A stretch of 54,493 nt of DNA from an uncultured virus (IMG/VR IMGVR_UViG_3300042486_001633) (Duplodnaviria > Heunggongvirae > Uroviricota > Caudoviricetes). This document shows, piece after piece, positions 9,378 through 18,941 of this stretch. Position 1 is the first letter of the stretch, and each line of letters opens with the position of its first letter. Position numbers and translations under genes: made by a program. The notes under the pieces are model-generated. The model had not been told where the DNA came from. It ran no database searches and was given only the letters and a program-made list of their open reading frames with translations. The stretch is from IMG/VR virus record IMGVR_UViG_3300042486_001633, one strand, 5' to 3'.

Positions 9378-9399
9378 TTTTTTAGGCTTACCTAAAAAA
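9378..9399. terminator. possible bidirectional terminator
   Basis: TTTTTTAGG-ctta-CCTAAAAAA between convergent genes. The stem is weak. Confidence 0.35.
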
Positions 9400-9419
9400 T
9401 AAATATTATCAAATACAAA

Positions 9420-10517
9420 CTAGAGTGGTAATTGGATAATATTTTCAAGTTCAGCAAAGCGCGCTGTAAGTTGATCCCGATAATTTTCTTTAATTTTAGC
9501 AAAACATGGCCACAAGAGACTGGCATTTTTTGTCCAAGTATTTGTACCAAATCTTTGTACATATAACATCTCATCAATATGATGTATTCTACTGTGGATA
9601 AACATACGTAGCATTACGTCATAATCATCTGCCCATACTAGGTTACGGTAGCCTCCGATTTCACGAAGAGTACTTGCTCTAAATGCACGCAAGTGGTTTG
9701 GACAAATTGGCATATTATTGATTACCCAGTCTGATCCATTTTCAAGTTCACACTTGCCCATTACATCATGACATAAACCCTCCTTTAGGGTGATTCCGTT
9801 CCATTCAACATCGCGATATCGCCAATAAGTGGCATTATAAGTATTACTCTGATCTGTGCCTTGCCACCACTCTGCACAGTTTGAATAGACCATTCCTGCA
9901 TCTGGATTTTCAGTAAAAGTCTTAACTACTTTATCTAGTGCATTGACTGTAAGAAAATCATCGTGGTCTAACTCAACTAGATAGTCGCCTTTGGCTAAAC
10001 TAGTAGCAGCACCCTTATTAAATCCAATACGACCGCTATTTGGAAACTTAAATATTTTTATACGAGGATCCTGTAACATTTCAAGTAGAGCAACAGTATC
10101 ATCAGTAGAACCATCGTCAACAATAATCCATTCCCAGTTTTGCCAAATTTGCATCTGTACAGAAGAGGCAGTCTGCAGAATAAATTCTCTAGAATTATAG
10201 GTAGGAGTATAAATCGAAACTAGGGGAACATCTGAGCTACCAAGTTTAGTGTAATTATAATATACTTGTTGTACCTGAGCAAGTAGATCCTGATCACCTG
10301 GAAAGGTATCTAAGTGTATCCACTTATGTCGAATATGATAGGGTTGTTTTTCAAGTAGAGACCATTCCTTTTCTCCAAAAGTAATAATGGTATCCCATTC
10401 TTTTTTACAAAGAAGATTAAGTAGATCGCGACGATCTTTTGCAATCTCAATCTTGATTGTAAGTGCAGGTTTGGTTTTTATTTGATCAGTTGGATCGTAA
10501 ATTAATAGTGAGTACAT
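9420..10517 (-). CDS. family 2 glycosyltransferase (GT-A fold)
   Basis: LVSIYTPTYN, WEWIIVDDGSTD, LVELDHDD (DxD) and ADDYD motifs, with a ~95-aa N-terminal extension. Confidence 0.9.
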   Translation of the reverse strand: MYSLLIYDPTDQIKTKPALTIKIEIAKDRRDLLNLLCKKEWDTIITFGEKEWSLLEKQPYHIRHKWIHLDTFPGDQDLLAQVQQVYYNYTKLGSSDVPLVSIYTPTYNSREFILQTASSVQMQIWQNWEWIIVDDGSTDDTVALLEMLQDPRIKIFKFPNSGRIGFNKGAATSLAKGDYLVELDHDDFLTVNALDKVVKTFTENPDAGMVYSNCAEWWQGTDQSNTYNATYWRYRDVEWNGITLKEGLCHDVMGKCELENGSDWVINNMPICPNHLRAFRASTLREIGGYRNLVWADDYDVMLRMFIHSRIHHIDEMLYVQRFGTNTWTKNASLLWPCFAKIKENYRDQLTARFAELENIIQLPL

Positions 10518-12190
10518 TATGCTCCAATTTGGGTTATTTTCATTTCTGAGAAGTGGTCTTGTGTAGTTACAAAAATCTTAGAATTAAAGAATTCTTCAGG
10601 TAAGGATTCGTGAGACACAACAAAGATTGTCATTTTATATTTTTCAGCGTACTCCTTAAGAATTTCGATCGCACGATAAACGTTATTCTTATCGAGAGAA
10701 CTAAATATTTCATCTAGGAAAAGCACGTTCAGTTGGCTATGCTTCATCTTAATAATTTCGATAAATGCTAGGAGCACAATAATATTCATCTTCTTACGTT
10801 GACCGCTAGATAGACTCTCTGGTGAGATATCCATCCCTAAGTAAGAAATAACTGGATTAAAATCACTATCAAACTCAAATTGAAACTTAAATTCAAGTCT
10901 CTCTGAAATAATTTTGATCCTATTATTTAGGGTTGGAATTATTTTATCGATTAAAGTTTTCTTGATTCCAGAATCAGAAAGCAAATCATCTAAAATATTA
11001 AATAAATTTGCTTGGTCCCTTTTCTCAAGCGCAGAATCACCATCTGTTTGTAATTCAGTTTGGATCGAGTCAATAATTGTTTGGATAGATTCAGTTTCAT
11101 CCACTCCAAGTTCCTCTACTGTTTTTTGCAGTTCAGCTTCAAGCAATTTAATCTCGGCAGTCAATTCGTAATACTCAGATTTAGAAGTATTTTGATCCTC
11201 AGTTAATGCCGTGATTTTATTAGTAATTTCAGTAAAAGATGTTTTAAGTGCAGGCAATTTGTCTTCAACTACTTTTTTCTTAGCTTCAATTGCATCTTTT
11301 GTTTTTACAGAAGATTCTGAAGTAAGATCGTTTAAGCAGTGCGGACACCTATTCTTTTGATATAGAGCAAGTTTATTTGCTAAATCTTGAATAGTCGCTC
11401 GAGAAGTACTCATTTCATCGCGAATAGTATTAAGAGTGGCTTGGAAAGACTCAATATCTTTTTTTAAATCAGCGTACTGCTGTTTGACTTCCTCTACTGT
11501 TTTCTTCTTGGTCTCAATCTTACTTGAAATATCTTCAGATTGGGTTTCTTTCTTTTTACTTAGTTTTTCTCGAAGACTAGCAAGTTGTTCGAGTGAAGTA
11601 TTAAGAGTTGTAGTATTTCTTTCAATTTGAGAATCAAGTATATCAAGATCTTTTTTGTTTTGTTTAAGATCTTCTTTAACAACTGCTCGCATATCAGTTA
11701 AAATATCGATTCCAAAAATACGGTCGACTATTTTTCTTTTATCAGATTGAGTTAAATTAACAAAGGACTTAAAATCATCAAACGAAAGACTAATAGTATT
11801 ACAAAAAACTGAAAATGGAATTTTTGAAAGTTCTTCCTCAATAAACTCGTCTACTTTTCTCTTGTCAGGAAGATTGAATTGGGCATTGTTTATTTTAATA
11901 TCGCTAAAATTAGGTTCAATGCCTCGATCAATTTCAATAAATTCTCCAGAATTGGTAACAAACTTGACATTTGTGTATGCATTCTTATTAATCCAGTTTG
12001 GAATATCTTTCATCTTACGAATTGCAGATCTTCCATATATTGAAACAGTTAATGCTTCTTTTATTGAAGATTTTCCTGCGCCGTTTTCGCCTTCGACTAG
12101 GATAAGCTGTGCTTCATCTTTAAATTTAAAAGTCTGTAATAAGTTGCCATACGAAAGTATGTTCTTATATGAAAATTCTAGTAATCTCAC
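10517..12190 (-). CDS. gp46: recombination ATPase, SbcC/Rad50 (T4 gp46-like)
   Basis: Walker A GENGAGKS, coiled coil with CPHC zinc hook, LSSGQ signature, LFLDE Walker B and VSH. Confidence 0.95.
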   Translation of the reverse strand: MRLLEFSYKNILSYGNLLQTFKFKDEAQLILVEGENGAGKSSIKEALTVSIYGRSAIRKMKDIPNWINKNAYTNVKFVTNSGEFIEIDRGIEPNFSDIKINNAQFNLPDKRKVDEFIEEELSKIPFSVFCNTISLSFDDFKSFVNLTQSDKRKIVDRIFGIDILTDMRAVVKEDLKQNKKDLDILDSQIERNTTTLNTSLEQLASLREKLSKKKETQSEDISSKIETKKKTVEEVKQQYADLKKDIESFQATLNTIRDEMSTSRATIQDLANKLALYQKNRCPHCLNDLTSESSVKTKDAIEAKKKVVEDKLPALKTSFTEITNKITALTEDQNTSKSEYYELTAEIKLLEAELQKTVEELGVDETESIQTIIDSIQTELQTDGDSALEKRDQANLFNILDDLLSDSGIKKTLIDKIIPTLNNRIKIISERLEFKFQFEFDSDFNPVISYLGMDISPESLSSGQRKKMNIIVLLAFIEIIKMKHSQLNVLFLDEIFSSLDKNNVYRAIEILKEYAEKYKMTIFVVSHESLPEEFFNSKIFVTTQDHFSEMKITQIGA

Positions 12191-13299
12191 TGCTCGTAAC
12201 TTTTATTATTTCGTAATGCGTCGTATATCTCTTTAAATCGATCAATCACTTGTTTAGAAAGATCTGGAGTATGGGTCGACTCTTTAATTTTTTCTTCAAG
12301 AATACTAAAAATATTATACTCATAGTTTGAATCAATTTCAACTTCACTTTTTGTTTTAAGCTGCTCGACTGAATATGAAAAGAATTCAAGTCGACGATAT
12401 CCAAAGTCTTTAACTAATTCAGTAAACTTGGTTATTGGAAATCGAGCGGATAGCGTAGATTCAATCGTAACATCCACAAAATTATTGAAGAATAGTTTTT
12501 TTAACTCATCAGTATTAAGGTTAAGAAGCTCAATTATGTCATGTTTAATATGCTTTGGAGAAATGGTATTTTCTACAAATTTCTCAGTTATATCCGCTCC
12601 ACTTACATCAAGCACATAAAAACCTTTTGCGTTTCCGCGATCTCCCCTGTCCATTTCGTATGGAGTTCCAACATATAGGACATTGTTTTTGTCTTGACGA
12701 ATATGAATATGACCTGAATAAACTCGTTTAAATGACTTTACATCATCATATTCTAGTCCATGCTCAAGTTTAGTTGCTTTAGTTAGACTAAATCCTTTGA
12801 AATCAGCATGACAAAAGATATATTTTGCGGAATCATATAACTTTACAGTTTCTTTTAATTCAGGTACAGATTCTATCCAAGGTAACATTAAAAACTTATG
12901 TGAGTTTAGTTCCAAGATCTCTGGCTTTTCAAAGATATTGAAATTCTTGAACATAAGATCATATCCTTTTAGAGAATGAGTATCAGTTCGATCTTTATAA
13001 TAAACGTCATGGTTTCCAAGAATAAGATAGATGCCGCGTTTAAATTTTTCAGACAAGACCTTAGCTATCTGTAAAGAAATATTTTGAATACGAACATTTG
13101 TTGATTCTCGAATATGGTTCCAATCACCAACTTGAACAAGAATATCTCTTTCTGGATCAAATCCTTCTTCGTCTACCTTTTGTAAGAAAAAATTAAGAAG
13201 AAAATCAGATTGTATGTCTGACCATTCCATTGAGTTATTTCTTACACCAAGGTGAAGGTCGCCAAGTACAAATACTTTTCTAATATCTTTTAATTTCAT
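12187..13299 (-). CDS. gp47: recombination nuclease, SbcD/Mre11 (T4 gp47-like)
   Basis: GDLHLG, GDW, GNHD and SGHIH phosphoesterase motifs. Adjacent to gp46. Confidence 0.95.
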   Translation of the reverse strand: MKLKDIRKVFVLGDLHLGVRNNSMEWSDIQSDFLLNFFLQKVDEEGFDPERDILVQVGDWNHIRESTNVRIQNISLQIAKVLSEKFKRGIYLILGNHDVYYKDRTDTHSLKGYDLMFKNFNIFEKPEILELNSHKFLMLPWIESVPELKETVKLYDSAKYIFCHADFKGFSLTKATKLEHGLEYDDVKSFKRVYSGHIHIRQDKNNVLYVGTPYEMDRGDRGNAKGFYVLDVSGADITEKFVENTISPKHIKHDIIELLNLNTDELKKLFFNNFVDVTIESTLSARFPITKFTELVKDFGYRRLEFFSYSVEQLKTKSEVEIDSNYEYNIFSILEEKIKESTHTPDLSKQVIDRFKEIYDALRNNKSYEQ

Positions 13300-13523
13300 C
13301 CTTGTGGAGCTAGCTTATCGATGTCAATAATTTTTGTTATACTCTCAAATTTTGCAAGATTTTCAGCAAGATCAGCAGCTGATGAAAATACGTAAGTTGT
13401 CGGCAAAATAGAATTTGCATCATAAAAAGTAAGATCAGTCGCTGCAGTCTGCACTATTTTGTAAACCTGATCGATATTTAGATAATCGACTCCAGTTGAG
13501 TGTGTAAGTTTAATCCAAGCCAT
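13296..13523 (-). CDS. hypothetical protein
   Basis: 75 aa, translationally coupled on both sides. Confidence 0.7.
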   Translation of the reverse strand: MAWIKLTHSTGVDYLNIDQVYKIVQTAATDLTFYDANSILPTTYVFSSAADLAENLAKFESITKIIDIDKLAPQG

Positions 13524-14098
13524 TAGTGTATCTTTTTTTTGTGCATCTTTCCATCAAGGAATTGATACTTTTTATTTAATTCGGTTAATAAGAGTTCTTG
13601 AATCTCTGTTTCTAACATATCAAATAACTTCTTGTACTCAATTGATGAAATAGAAGATATTACTTCTAAAATATAAATTGGGCTATAAAACATGATTACA
13701 TTAGATTTTAACTCAAGCGTTGTGTTAATCTTGTTAAATATGAAATTAACGTCTTCCTTTGAAAATTTAGATTTAGTCACAAACGGATCAGTTGAGGATC
13801 GGGTTATTATTTCTGAAATTTCAGGATCGTTTTGTAAGAAAGAAAAGATTGCGTCTAAAATAAATTTAGTCTCAAGTTCACTTTCATATTCGTATAAATC
13901 TCGTAAGTAGGAATCTGAGTAGTCTCGTGAAACCGAGATTCCTCTCGATAAAGAATATTCGTCTGAATCTGGCAGACCATCGCCAGTATTATAACGATTA
14001 TTAAAAATTTTGTCTTCCCTGACTATCGCGGGAACGTTTTCATCATCCTCTTCTTCAATCTCGTTTATGTTTTCAAGTTCGTCATCATTTGGTCTCAT
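13523..14098 (-). CDS. hypothetical protein (acidic N-terminus)
   Basis: 191-aa ORF within the replication operon. Confidence 0.75.
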   Translation of the reverse strand: MRPNDDELENINEIEEEDDENVPAIVREDKIFNNRYNTGDGLPDSDEYSLSRGISVSRDYSDSYLRDLYEYESELETKFILDAIFSFLQNDPEISEIITRSSTDPFVTKSKFSKEDVNFIFNKINTTLELKSNVIMFYSPIYILEVISSISSIEYKKLFDMLETEIQELLLTELNKKYQFLDGKMHKKKIH

Positions 14099-14113
14099 TA
14101 GATATTAATTATT

Positions 14114-15592
14114 TTATATCTGATTGAAGAGGTCATCATAATCTTCATCAGTTTTTGGAGAAGAAGGAGTGGTTGAATCTTCTAAGTTTGAATATTCATC
14201 ACGAAGAGAATCAGCTAATTTACTAGCTTCTTCATCATCACTATAAAACTCGCTATTTGTTCCTACTTCTTCGCTTAGCCTAAAGTATTCTTTATGCATT
14301 GTGTAGAACTTATAACTTTCTTCATATCCATTGTCGCGATTTGCAATCGCTTTTATTTTCATTCTACTTTCAAGTGGACTGCGCATCAATCCAAATAATG
14401 AATCAACTGTGTGAATTAGACCAAAGGATTCAGCAACCGAATCCATACCTAGGTCAAAATTATCAATGTCTTCTCGTTTGATTTGAGTAGCGCTAATAAT
14501 ACACCATTCATTTCTCATTGCAACACCACGTAATTCCTCAGAAATACACTTGATTTTTTCATAAAGACCGTTTTGATCTTTAATTGGGCGTAATAGATTT
14601 AAGTAATCGACAACAATAACTTTAAATCGCTTGTTCATCTTGCTTTCAAGACGTAAAAAGTAATTTTCAATATCGATTGCAGTTGCACTACCTGTTGGAA
14701 AGTCTTTAATTATTAACTCTCCACAAGATTTACCAGAAGATTTTAATTCGGCAATTTTATCACCAATTAATTGGCTGTGTTTTGCATCGGTAATTCCAGA
14801 GTATACATCAGATGGAATACTTAAAATATTTGAACCAATACGTTTCATGTATTGACGTTCTGGTAATTCAACCGTTACTAATCCAGTTACGTTTCCGATT
14901 AGGAACGAACGAGCAGCAATATTTCCAAGAACCATAGATTTACCAACCTTAGGTCGACCTTGAAAAACTACAAGAGATTTTGGGTTCCATCCTCCGCCTA
15001 AACACTTATCTAAAAATGGAAAACCGGTAGGGCTTCCGTTTTTAGCTAATTGTATATGTGCTTCTGGATTAAAGAAGTTTAGTCCAGTGTCTCCGCTAGA
15101 GAAATTAACTGAGAGTTTACTGCTAATATCATTTCTTACTTTTTCTGAGATCTTATCGATATTTTCAGGATCGATCGAAGTAGTTTTTAGATATGTGAGT
15201 AGATCAAAAACAGTAAGGTTAAGATTTCTAAGCAAAATAAAAGAACGTACGTATTTGTATAGATAGTCATAATTATACTCTCGTAAATTGAACGCATATA
15301 AGTCATCAAATTCTTCATCATCTATTGTTGCATTTGTTAATTCCAAGTAACTTCTTAGTTCCTTGTGATTTGGTATTTTTTCGTATTCTCTAAAAAATTT
15401 TAACGCGATCTTAAAGGATTCTTGTCTATTTTCTTCATTGAAATATGAAGGCTTTACCATAGTTATCAACTCTTCTCGTCTTAATGAATCATGGCTTTTC
15501 GGTTTAAGCTCATTATTATCATTATCGGTATGTAAAATAAAGTTCCACACCATCTTTTCAAGCGAGTCTATATTTTCGGTAAAGTCTATCAT
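14114..15592 (-). CDS. gp41: replicative DnaB-like helicase (T4 gp41-like)
   Basis: TGFPFLD..LGGG, Walker A GRPKVGKS, IVVDYLNLL, SATQ and AESFGL. Confidence 0.93.
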   Translation of the reverse strand: MIDFTENIDSLEKMVWNFILHTDNDNNELKPKSHDSLRREELITMVKPSYFNEENRQESFKIALKFFREYEKIPNHKELRSYLELTNATIDDEEFDDLYAFNLREYNYDYLYKYVRSFILLRNLNLTVFDLLTYLKTTSIDPENIDKISEKVRNDISSKLSVNFSSGDTGLNFFNPEAHIQLAKNGSPTGFPFLDKCLGGGWNPKSLVVFQGRPKVGKSMVLGNIAARSFLIGNVTGLVTVELPERQYMKRIGSNILSIPSDVYSGITDAKHSQLIGDKIAELKSSGKSCGELIIKDFPTGSATAIDIENYFLRLESKMNKRFKVIVVDYLNLLRPIKDQNGLYEKIKCISEELRGVAMRNEWCIISATQIKREDIDNFDLGMDSVAESFGLIHTVDSLFGLMRSPLESRMKIKAIANRDNGYEESYKFYTMHKEYFRLSEEVGTNSEFYSDDEEASKLADSLRDEYSNLEDSTTPSSPKTDEDYDDLFNQI

Positions 15593-15922
15593 CTATATTT
15601 TATAAAAGTTCGTTAATCCTTTTTCTGTAATCTTCATGGTCTCTCCAGTAACTGAAACATTTTCGGTAGCAATCAGATTCTTTAATCTTTTAACTAGATT
15701 TTGCTTAAAAGTTTCATCTTTTAACTTATCTCCGAAAATATATTTCATAGATTTGGATGTGAACTTAAAGTTCTCAAGCGAAAGATCCTTGTCCTTCGCT
15801 TGAATAACTTTAGTTAAGTACTGTATTATGTCAAAAAGAATTGTCAATTCATCTTGCAAATTCTCTTCGTTATAAACATTTAAGTAATATTTAATTGGTA
15901 AATCAGAGCGAATCTTCATCAT
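15593..15922 (-). CDS. hypothetical protein, possible winged helix
   Basis: C-terminal LKNLI...MKITEKG resembles a wHTH wing. Lies between UvsX and the helicase. Confidence 0.6.
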   Translation of the reverse strand: MMKIRSDLPIKYYLNVYNEENLQDELTILFDIIQYLTKVIQAKDKDLSLENFKFTSKSMKYIFGDKLKDETFKQNLVKRLKNLIATENVSVTGETMKITEKGLTNFYKI

Positions 15923-17099
15923 TATTTAGGTTTTCAAGTTCATCGTTTTCAAGGATATCAATTCCGTCTTGTGTTTCTGGAAACTTGAATGTTGGTTTAA
16001 TGATTTTCTCGTCCAATTCTTTTAGAACATCTTCTGTGAATAATCTAGCTGAGAAAAATTCTTTTACTGGAATTTCATCTCCATTGTGACGACTAATATA
16101 ATTTTTTGCAAGTTTACCTGGCATAAAATAGAAAGTTTCTCCAGATACTTCAAATTTAGAGCAATCTTCTTGCTCTGCAGGTTTAAGTTTAGAAAATTCC
16201 TTTTCAGTTAATTTTTTACCACGACCGACTCCACAATTTTCCCAACTAACAAATTGCTCTAGTCCTACAAATGGATTCATACCCTTATGGAAAGAGATAT
16301 GGAATTCAATATCGATCGGTTTAGCTAAACGATTTTTCTTAGTTTTAGAGCGAACGATAATTCCTGTTGTGGTTTTTGCTTCATCACGAAGAGTTCCTTT
16401 ACTCAACATCAAGATAATTGATGCAGAGAATTCCGGACCTCCTCCGCCCGACATACCCTTTGGAGTGTATTGATCCATTGAAGCATACGTATGGTTAGTA
16501 AAGATAAAAGGAACTTTAAGATTTGAAAGTTCAAGAGTAAATGATTTGAAAAGTGATCTCATTTCTTTCGAACGAAGACCCATATCTGAAGCATTTTTAC
16601 CAGCATCCATATCTCGTTTACTCTTATCAGTATCTAACATACCTACTGAGTCGACGAAGATTGCTGGCTTCAATCCTGGATTTTCTCTCATTGTTTCAAT
16701 AAAGTCGTTAATAAAGAATTTAACGTCGCTGATTAAGCCCATACGCAAATACTTTAATCCATCTAGATCGACTCCGAATTTTACATAATCTGAGCGGTCG
16801 ATTGCACCTTCAGTATCAATATAAAAAACTAAATAACCTTTCTTTTGTAATTCGCGAACTGCGTTTAAACATAAGAAGGTTTTACCTGCACCAGAATCAC
16901 CAGCAATCCCAATACTTCGTGTATTTGGATAGCCGCCGAATACTGAGCCGGACATTTGTGCATTTAGGAGATAATTACCAGTTGGAATGTATTCATCAAT
17001 ATCTGAGAATCCCATTAGGGTAATTTTAGACTTAACTTTTTTCTCAAGCAAATCGTTAAATTTGTTGAATGCGTTAAGTACGTCTTTTGTATGTGACAT
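15903..17099 (-). CDS. uvsX: RecA-like recombinase (UvsX)
   Basis: IPTGNYLLNAQMSG, Walker A GDSGAGKT, YIDTE, FVDSVGML, TNHTY and MSGGGG. Confidence 0.95.
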   Translation of the reverse strand: MSHTKDVLNAFNKFNDLLEKKVKSKITLMGFSDIDEYIPTGNYLLNAQMSGSVFGGYPNTRSIGIAGDSGAGKTFLCLNAVRELQKKGYLVFYIDTEGAIDRSDYVKFGVDLDGLKYLRMGLISDVKFFINDFIETMRENPGLKPAIFVDSVGMLDTDKSKRDMDAGKNASDMGLRSKEMRSLFKSFTLELSNLKVPFIFTNHTYASMDQYTPKGMSGGGGPEFSASIILMLSKGTLRDEAKTTTGIIVRSKTKKNRLAKPIDIEFHISFHKGMNPFVGLEQFVSWENCGVGRGKKLTEKEFSKLKPAEQEDCSKFEVSGETFYFMPGKLAKNYISRHNGDEIPVKEFFSARLFTEDVLKELDEKIIKPTFKFPETQDGIDILENDELENLNNDEDSL

Positions 17100-17120
17100 A
17101 TCGTAATTATTTTAATAATC

Positions 17121-17145
17121 TTTTACTTAATGCCGACAAAAAGTT
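17121..17145 (-). promoter_or_regulatory. bipartite promoter AACTTT-N13-GTAAAA
   Basis: 21 nt upstream of the uvsX ATG. Confidence 0.6.
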
Positions 17146-17146
17146 C

Positions 17147-17710
17147 TTAATCTGAAAAATAAGAAATGAGAAGAAGGGAACAAGATAACGCAAGAGAATC
17201 TTGGATATCCCCATTTAAAAGTCTAGTAAATCTGACCTTTTCGATGGATTGAATATTTTGGTTTGGGTTAAGGCCAATTGGAGTATATCCAGAAGGATCT
17301 TCCATGTGATTAGTCAAATTAACACCATAACACTTATATTCTTTGCTAAACGGTACACCATGTCTTACAGTACCTAATAAGTAAGTATCGTTTACATGTA
17401 TATCGTTTAGTCCCATTTCATCTGCAAGACACGATTCAACTGCATTATAATATGAGTCGAATTGATCTTTATTAAAAGTATCAGTAATACAGGTAAATCC
17501 AACTCCTCCGAGTAAATGATCCATGTATTTTGCTAAGTAAATATTTTTGATTTGGCCGCGTTCGTTTAAATCAAACGGCAAAATGCAAATAGACTCTTCA
17601 GAGCAAGCAAGTCTTCTAAATTTTCCATTATTTCCAGAAAAAGAATACATTGAGTATTTACCATCATTGTATTCTTCCTTTTTGTCGAAATGTTTGTTAT
17701 CGGGATTCAT
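17147..17710 (-). CDS. hypothetical protein, possible degenerate Nudix fold
   Basis: ICILPF strand, then DSYYNAVESCLADEMGL resembling a decayed Nudix box. Confidence 0.55.
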   Translation of the reverse strand: MNPDNKHFDKKEEYNDGKYSMYSFSGNNGKFRRLACSEESICILPFDLNERGQIKNIYLAKYMDHLLGGVGFTCITDTFNKDQFDSYYNAVESCLADEMGLNDIHVNDTYLLGTVRHGVPFSKEYKCYGVNLTNHMEDPSGYTPIGLNPNQNIQSIEKVRFTRLLNGDIQDSLALSCSLLLISYFSD

Positions 17711-18353
17711 TTACCTCAGTTAAATTTACAGTAGGTTTAGCCTCTTTCTTTGCTGGCACAACTGGTGCCAAAATTGATTTCATAGAGTCCTGTACTACTT
17801 GTTTATTTATCATTCCATGCAAGTATTCTGCAAGTTCAGATAAAAACTTGTCCTTGTTTTCAGCCCCATTGTACATCATTTTAAGAAGCTTACGATCTGG
17901 TAATTTAACCGTCAAGTTAATTGAAATTTGAGACTCTTCTGAGTTAAACATTGCAAACATGTTCGGTTTCGGTATAGGCGGAGGAACTTGTGCACCAGTC
18001 TGAACAGGCTGCATCGGATTTGCAGGATTGGCTGGAACATTGACTTGAGGAGGCACTACTGGAGGAGTCCGTTTAACATCAGCAAGTGGACGAATTGGTC
18101 CATTGATTGCCATTGCTTCCTCACGGCTTAATGGCTTATCATCTCCGTGTAACATCATTAAGTTTGAATTTAATTTGCTACTGTCGATTTTTGAGCCATC
18201 ATCGAACACGATTAAAAATCGGCCATTACTTAAAGGCTCAACGTCTCTGCATTTTACTACTTTTCCAAGTAATGCGGACTGGTCCGTTTTTACCCACTGA
18301 AATCGTTGGCCAGTAAAATTCTCCTTTAGAGAAATTAGTTTATCAGTATCCAT
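17697..18353 (-). CDS. hypothetical protein with Pro-rich linker
   Basis: Track ORF 17697..18440. The likely start is ATG 18353, just after the upstream stop. Confidence 0.7.
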   Translation of the reverse strand: MDTDKLISLKENFTGQRFQWVKTDQSALLGKVVKCRDVEPLSNGRFLIVFDDGSKIDSSKLNSNLMMLHGDDKPLSREEAMAINGPIRPLADVKRTPPVVPPQVNVPANPANPMQPVQTGAQVPPPIPKPNMFAMFNSEESQISINLTVKLPDRKLLKMMYNGAENKDKFLSELAEYLHGMINKQVVQDSMKSILAPVVPAKKEAKPTVNLTEVNESR

Positions 18354-18360
18354 TTTTTCT

Positions 18361-18642
18361 TTATTTTTTGTCTTCGAGAACCAATTCTTCCATTGTGGAA
18401 GCATTTTTGTTTTTGCTAATCTCGTTAAGAAATTCTTCATGTGCAGCGGATTTATTTAACGAGTTAAATGAATTTAGAGGAATTTCACTATAGGAATCAT
18501 CCCAAAGCGGAATAAGTTCTCTTTCTCGTTGGACTCTATATTCAGCAATTTTTTTACGAATCTCCTTTACTTGATTTGGAGTCACTTTGTTTTTACTGGC
18601 ATCGAGGTAACCTTCGAGCCAACTGATGAATTTACTAGACAT
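18361..18642 (-). CDS. hypothetical protein
   Basis: 93 aa. FISWLEGYLD N-terminus seen in small phage proteins. Confidence 0.7.
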   Translation of the reverse strand: MSSKFISWLEGYLDASKNKVTPNQVKEIRKKIAEYRVQRERELIPLWDDSYSEIPLNSFNSLNKSAAHEEFLNEISKNKNASTMEELVLEDKK

Positions 18643-18940
18643 TTTCTTCTGGATTATTTTTATTTAGGTCGTTAGCAAGATCGGTGAGCTCGCTAAGCAT
18701 TTTTTCTTTTAAGATAATATCAATATCTTCTCTAGTCTTAGCAATAAGTTCAGATATCTCAATATCAGTTGCATTGATTGCATTTAATACTTCAAATTTA
18801 ACGTTATTAATATTTTGTGCACGATAAGTAAGAACATGATATTCATCTCCGAGCTTTGCATCCAAGCCAGAATATACTTGATGAATTGCCTGAGCATCTG
18901 CTGCTGCTGGAAATCCTACAATAAATATTGGTTTTGCCAT
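18635..18940 (-). CDS. hypothetical protein
   Basis: 101 aa, starting 1 nt after the PolB fragment stop. Confidence 0.7.
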   Translation of the reverse strand: MAKPIFIVGFPAAADAQAIHQVYSGLDAKLGDEYHVLTYRAQNINNVKFEVLNAINATDIEISELIAKTREDIDIILKEKMLSELTDLANDLNKNNPEENV

Positions 18941-18941
18941 C

